Part shown: one piece after another, positions 37,967-44,351 of the stretch
How positions within the stretch are numbered: the first letter of the stretch is position 1
Layout: each line of letters opens with the position of its first letter
Origin: Catajapyx aquilonaris
Taxonomy: Eukaryota
DNA length: 44,351 nucleotides
NCBI GenBank assembly: GCA_000934665.2
Contig: KZ538005.1
Location: 124,001-168,351 of the forward strand
Reading direction: 5' to 3'
Notes under the pieces: generated by a model
Told to the model about the DNA's origin: nothing
Database searches by the model: none
What the model saw: only the letters and a program-made list of their open reading frames with translations
Translations under genes and position numbers: made by a program

Positions 37967-38200
37967 CTGAAATTATACCAGATCAACACAACAATAAATA
38001 ATTCTGTAGCCATTATTGATCTCACCTAAAAATAATGGGTCATGTACAAAATCGCGCGGTAATTCCCAGATGCGGAAAAAAACTCTAATAAGTTCCTACC
38101 ACTAGGGTAATAATTCATGCAGCGGATTTAAACCTGGTGTTAGGACAGGTTGGTCTCCTAGCGCGTTTTTCGTCGCTCTGTAGGGAGCTGTTGGAAGAGC

Positions 38201-38224
38201 GAGAGAGAGAGAGAGAGAGAGAGA
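38201..38224. repeat. (GA)12 microsatellite in a PPEF intron
   Basis: Perfect dinucleotide run, possibly part of a decayed MITE ending GAGCAACCCCTG at 38292. Confidence 0.9.
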
Positions 38225-39246
38225 AAAAAAAGCACTGGCGGAGAAAACTGAGGATCGTGTACCCGTTTCCGCAAATTTATGAGCAACCCCTGTCGGGGAG
38301 AACGTGCCAAATTGCTCGTTCTCTGTTAGAGTAACTGCCAGGGTTACACCGGTGGGACTAACTGCAGTTGTAACACTCCAGTAGAGTAACTTAATGAAGC
38401 TTATCCGGTTAGCAAAACGCGGTTGAATATGCCACTGGAGGGAAAGGAATGTGTGAGGTTCGTGTGGTTTATGATTCTTGTGGATTTTATTTGTGCGGTT
38501 AATTTTGTCTAAAAAGGACAACTGTTGAGTCTGCAGCAGTGGACTATCAGATATTTACAGAGAGGAGACTTTCCGCCAGTGGCTTCAGGCTTACGTATAA
38601 ACTCTGATCGAATTGGCTGCTTCGGAAACAGGATCTCCCAAGTAGCCAAATGTGAGCCGAGTTTATACGTGTCCTTATATACGTTCTGTTGAGCGCTGAA
38701 AGTCTTCATTAAGGGCTGTAAAAATATTTGCTAAACATGGCCTTACAATACAACGTATAGGTTTTGCTGAATTAAATAATAGTAGGTTAGGCCTTCATTT
38801 TAAAATCAAATATGTAAAAATTCCTTGCCAAAAATGCAGAATTATTTTGACACATTTGCAGTTACCTGAACCAATTTCAGGATGACTTGATTTGCCAATA
38901 TTATGACAGAAACAAATGGCGATTTTCCTCCAGTTACCTGGATCCATATTGACCTTCGCCCCCTCAAAATTGTGATTTCCCGAATCCTGTCGCAAGTTTG
39001 GACCCACCCACTCCCCCGGGCACTCCTCTAGAAACGCCAATAACGAGCTCTTTGAGTTTTATTTACCCCCATTTGTCATTCTTCTTCTGAAAGCTCATTT
39101 GCAGAGCTCTCGCATTTTCCAGACTAATGCATTGTTTGCCAAGGGAGCTAAATCAACGTCCTTCCTTCCGCCAGAGAATGTAGATGGATGCACATGGGTA
39201 AGGGGAGGGTGCACAAATCAAGTCAAATGGTAGGGGAAGGACATAC

Positions 39247-39432
39247 CTTATCGTTGTGCATAAATTCGTAACCTTCTGGTTTGCATTCATGGGATCGGAC
39301 CAGAAGAGAGAGGTCGTGCCGACGAAGCACGTCTTCGGTGACATCGGGACCGAAGTACGATCCGCCACCTCGGAACGTGTTGGGCACGCACCCTGTCACA
39401 CGCTGGGGGTCACTCCACAGAAGGTCAAACAC
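39247..39432 (-). CDS. rdgC: PPEF/rdgC-like Ser/Thr phosphatase with EF-hands, internal exon (C-terminal part of PPP catalytic domain)
   Basis: Translates to [10 protein letters not shown]...[12 protein letters not shown]...[20 protein letters not shown], containing the PPP motifs DLLWSDP, RG and RSHE. Flanked by ttttctAG acceptor and GTatgt donor; 186 nt, phase 0/0. Confidence 0.95.
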
Positions 39433-42400
39433 CTAGAAAAGGATCACAAAGATGGAGGCTAAATACCACAAAAGTTGGGCGCCAAAATACGCTCCATCTG
39501 TCGGCTTTGTTCCGAATCACTGAACATTCTCGTGTGAGCGGAGTTTGTGAAGAGGAAGAGATCTGGGGGATGGGGGTGGGAAATGGGAGCCTGGATAACT
39601 GGCTAAAGCTGCCAGTGGACTGGAATCATCCCATTGTGTTATCCGTGTGGAATAAATAGCACCAACCTTTCCATTATGGTGGCCGGAATTCAGGTCAGAG
39701 TGAAACATGCAATATGATACCGCACCATACCGCACTGTACCACTGCAATTAGTTGCCGGCCACATATCCATCATTTATTAAGTGCTCGTCCATATTTATT
39801 ATTAAGTTAACCTGTATGAACAATATGGGGTTTGATGTTGTAATTATGACTTTTCAACACAAAATGGACAATGCGGTGCAGCTAGGTCTCTTTCATAATG
39901 TTCTGTAATGTGTGTAATGAGTAAGAGATGTCCTGAAAATTACTGAATATTACGCACGTCCGGAATCTCCCACAAGTACACACATTATAATAACATCACA
40001 ATGCGCGTAATATTGTTCCATCAGGAATTAATGGAGACCACTCCTGCATGTGCCCTGTCACATACCATGCACTTTCCAGTTTCAAATCATTCCTATTTTG
40101 GCACAGCCTGAATGTCGTGCGTTGGCAGCATCTCTAGTTTGCAATTGGAAAGGAAACCATTACAAACGAAAGCAAAAAATCGGTCTTTGGACCAATTTCC
40201 TGCTCACCCAGCATGCATGGCACACACGTCCCACTCCCACATTGGAAAAGAATGTCCAATGCTGCGGTTTAGGAGCCGTCAGCTATTACAACTGACATCG
40301 GACAAAAGAATCCTATATAGGAAAAAAGCAGACACCATTTTCTGCGAAGTCCACCTGAATTTTTTAATCACCAGACACAAATGAAACACCTCTGCTGGCA
40401 AATTTTGTCCCCGATTCCTATGGATTTTTTCCCCACAGAGGCTTCTTTCTCCTTGGCTATACCCATTTCCAGACCTGATTGGAAGCAGGCCGTGACGGTA
40501 TATTATATGGTGGAAGAGCAGGTCGCGAACTCCATCCCATCCATTCATCATGGCACGAAACGTTGCCTCCAGCAAAAATATTTTAACAGTGGGCTACAGA
40601 TCGCCTATACCTTTACTTTCTGCCTGTTCAATAGGAAACCTGTTGCATTCAAAGTTCCGGAACTGGGGTTTCAGGGGCTTCCAAACTGTCATCTCGGAAA
40701 ATGGCTGGCGGAAAACGATGGGGTTCAACCATTAACCGCTTGCAGATCAGGTGGAACATTCCACTTTGACGTCCAATTTGGGCCAGTGAAGTTTCAAGGT
40801 GCCAGGTGCAACTTTTACTTAAAACTTACCTTATAGAAGGTATGATCAATAAAATCGATAATGATGTACTTTAATAATATTATTATTAATTTCGAGCGAT
40901 ATTGATGTAGAGAATTAACATCATGGGCATACAGACCTATTATTCTGTGTTCAAATATCTCACTGTTTTTAAAAGGAAATGACAGCTAATTGCCACTTAT
41001 GATTATACTTATACAGTTACAGTTTCCAAATATACGCTGTTATTTCTAGGCCAACCCGTGTATATGCCGGATATGAATCGATTTAAGACCCAGAAACGGA
41101 GACAGCCAGCAGTTCTTTTATATCAATTATTGGTATGGTATTAAATTTCATTTGAATTTGAGACATTCCTTGCCAGAAACTCCATCCTTGCCGTTTTTTA
41201 TTACGAATCTCAGGATAAATTTAATGCCTCACAAACAGCTCCAATATCGTCTTTTACCTCATTTTGCACCCCATTGCATAAAACATGGCGTCGCCAAGAG
41301 TCCTGAAAATCACCTCCTAAATTTTCCTTCTTCTCCCCTTCCGCTTCCTTTTTTTCGTTTAGGTAAGACGACGGCGACAAACATGGCACTTTGACATATT
41401 CCCCTAGGTCAGCACTTCCCAGTCCTTTATCACCTCCTCCTGAATATTTAGCATATTTACTGCCCGAGTCGAGAAAAGAGGTGGCACCTTTGTCATTACC
41501 GTGGCAGAAGAGGCCTACAGCAGCAGTCAACATGATTGAAATTCATGAGCGCCGCGGGAATAATAGGGCTACCCCCCTTTCAAACTGGGGCACTCCTTTA
41601 TTGCCAAAACATAATTGGCAGGTAATTTGCAAAAGCAGGCTCTTGAGCGGTCCGAGTCGATATTTTACAAGACGAGGGTTCAAGTGATGTCTTTTTATAA
41701 CGTCTTTGCTTGGGTCCGGGAACAAGATGGGTGGATTTGAAGGTCCTCATTAGGTAAGAAGTTTTCTTTTCATAATGTCATCTAATTATCTGATTTGATT
41801 GGGAAAGAACTGGATATTTGATATTTTCATAGGTTTGTCTTGAGGATAATGCCGTCTTTGCTGGGCACTGGAAAATGAAAAATACGCCCATAAACGAGCA
41901 GCGAAAGGTTCGTGCTTCCTAATGAATCCGATATTATACAGTCATCTTATACTATAATTATTGAACACGAAATTAAAAGAAAGTTATAGTCAAATGTTCA
42001 ATGTTTTCCTACACATTATCGGAAGCTTCAGTGGAAATTAATTGCCGATCACTATAGACCAACTCATTGGTATACCTTCCTGGATTATTTCATCCAATAA
42101 ATACTACCGGTATATGAGGCCAGGTCAAAAACTAATTTGTCCTGATCGATTGAACATGAATTGAACTCTGCGGATGTCGTGGCCAGAATACGTAGACTAT
42201 GTCTGGCCGATTTTTTTTACAATAGTACAACATTACTATATAGGCTGCAGTAAAATTATATGTAAATTACAACAAAGGACTCAATCTGATCCCATGCGTG
42301 CTCAAAGTTTCAATGGGAAATGATAAATGCAAAATGTGGGCGTCGGTTACATTAGTTTTGCAGACAATATATTCGTCCCCAACAACCCCTCTCGCATAAC

Positions 42401-43109
42401 GTTACACTGGTACGCCTTGTACATAGACATGTTTGAACAAAATGCGAGGCCAGCTGGGGTATAGATGCAGTGTAGGGAACATTGCCAACGAGCATTAATG
42501 TGGCGACTATATTGAATAGAGGAACTGTACAGTACATCACCACAGCTAGTGTGCATAAGCTCTGCATTTAGCTGCACTTGTCATATGGATGTAAACAATA
42601 GCCAGACACCGCTCTCTTTTATATCTAAAGAGGACTTTGGTGCAATATTTACACGCCCGCATTTTAATTTTAGCTGTTACTAATTCCGTACCATTGTCGT
42701 CTCTCGTATGTGATCGTCCATAAAGTATGGCTCATTTTTGTCTAAAATATTTGAGCACACACTCCAGTTAGATTCGGGCTGATAGGACGTTATCCGAGTG
42801 GCAAATAATTCCAATGGGGCTATTAAGAGGAAGATCCATGTTTCTGTCGGGCCCCTTGAGCACCTTTCCATGGCGACGCAACCCTGGAGCAGATTAATCC
42901 ATCATGCTGCCAGGGAGGCGCGTAATCGCCAGGCGATCAAGGAACAAATCTCTCCAGAAACTTGGACCAAAAGCAATGTGGGACATCGGTGCATGAGAGC
43001 ATTTCGGTGTCTTTTTGGTCAAGTACTGGCATCGTTTTGAAGGTGTGCGGCGAGCTTGACCACCCGAGCCCTGACATCGATTTTGCACCATATGCCTGTC
43101 GAGTCTATA

Positions 43110-43315
43110 CCGTCAAACGGGGGGAGATTGTGCCACTTTTGGAGGTTTTCCTTGCAAGCAAACCAGAGTAATTGATATAATTATCGGAACGAATATTTTA
43201 TACAACATTTCTGCACATCTCACCTTTCAGATCATACGTGAAAATAATTTTTATATATTAAGGGAGGGGAGATATAAATTCTTTTCCGTGCCACAATTTC
43301 ACCCCGTCTTTTGGG
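43110..43315. mobile_element. TA-CCGTCAAAC-ended MITE, copy 1
   Basis: Left end CCGTCAAACGGGGGGAGATTGTGCCAC; degenerate inverted end GTGCCACAATTTCACCCCGT at ~43288-43308; first ~100 nt similar to 44025 onward. Confidence 0.6.
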
Positions 43316-44024
43316 TGAGAGTGGGCCACCCTATTTAAATGCTTGAAATAAATAGGAAACGAGTCATGGGCATACTGTCCGTACAAATTAGCATCTTTAA
43401 TATGCGAAGAAAATATTTTTTGAAACATGGTGCAATTAGTTTAAAAGGCGCAGGTGACGAGGTGAGATTGTGCCACTGTTTTTCCCAGTTTCAATCCATT
43501 ATTTCCACGATTTTTATGTGTGACAGTGTTGGGAAAGGTTGACGTGAAGAAGATCAGTCGGAAGCTTTGGCAGATCTCACGGCTAACAAGCTGTGATGAA
43601 ATAAAGAGTAGATAATTGGATGTGAGCAAAGCGATCAGACGAGGAGCACTGCATCTAGCGCCACGGCGACGAAAGAGAACATCGAACCTGATCGAATTGG
43701 AGCGTCAACTGGACAATAAAATCGGATGGTCTACGTCCGAGAAAATCAAACTGGGTGGAGGAAGGGGAAAATTAATATAAATGCATTTTTTCATCATGTT
43801 GAGCCAGTGACTAGGACCTAGATCATGCAGCGTCAATATAAACAATGTGTTTTATCCAGATGAATGAATTCAGGGTGTCCTTGAAGTGCTTTTAAACATA
43901 ACTTGATTCATAACTTGGCATTTTTATTGACGACTTGCCTCTTGACTGGGAAGAAGCAGCCTTTGTTCTCGACGACCCATTTAAAGCAGTCCATCCTTAA
44001 TTACCTTCATTCTTACCAGTAATA

Positions 44025-44351
44025 CCGTCAAACTGGGTGAGACGGTGCCACATTTTGAGGTTTTTCTTACGAGCAAACCAGAATTGGAAGGAAATTTATA
44101 CGCAACATTATTCCGGCACCAACTGCAATGTCACATAAAACCACACACACACCACCCATAAGACAATCGAAAAATAATTGGGCAGAGTAGCCTTCTCATG
44201 GTATGTTCCCACGAAACGGCTACATAACTATGAATGTGATTAGGAATGGATGTATTAAGGTGGAAATGAAGCTAGAGTCACTCAATGAGAATTTTATGAA
44301 AAAAACATATGTTACGCAGTTTTGTGTCCTCTTATCAATGGTGCAAAGAAA
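44025..44351. mobile_element. Same CCGTCAAAC family, copy 2 (right boundary unresolved, may run off the window)
   Basis: TA-CCGTCAAACTGGGTGAGACGGTGCCACATTTTGAGGTTTTTCTT..GCAAACCAGA aligns with 43110-43167. Confidence 0.55.

Noticed and set aside
39433..44351. Upstream PPEF exons
   Set aside because: No PPP motifs (GDLHG, GDFVDRG, GNHE) or convincing exon found by eye; treated as intron, though a small exon could have been missed.
1..44351. CRISPR array, operon or intact transposase/reverse transcriptase
   Set aside because: No regularly spaced repeat-spacer array, and no ORF above ~170 aa or with DDE, RT or RepHel motifs; the sequence is spliceosomal eukaryotic.

Overview
Eukaryotic, intron-rich metazoan (probably arthropod) genomic DNA; most ORFs in the supplied track look spurious. 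Well supported: (1) the last five coding exons of a PPEF/rdgC-type Ser/Thr phosphatase with EF-hands on the minus strand (39432->35047), with upstream exons apparently beyond the right edge; (2) an intact tRNA-Pro(TGG) gene on the minus strand (24146-24217) with a Pol III terminator; (3) many short non-autonomous transposons: TA-flanked MITEs (CAGGGTG, CAGT and CACTG ends), a 580-bp near-perfect fold-back element, and two copies of a microsatellite-bearing Helitron-like element. A tentative second minus-strand gene can be assembled from three small, phase-compatible exons (25797-25906, 25545-25585, 5046-5084) spanning a ~20-kb intron; I do not recognise its product. I found no convincing new multi-gene system, CRISPR array or intact transposase.
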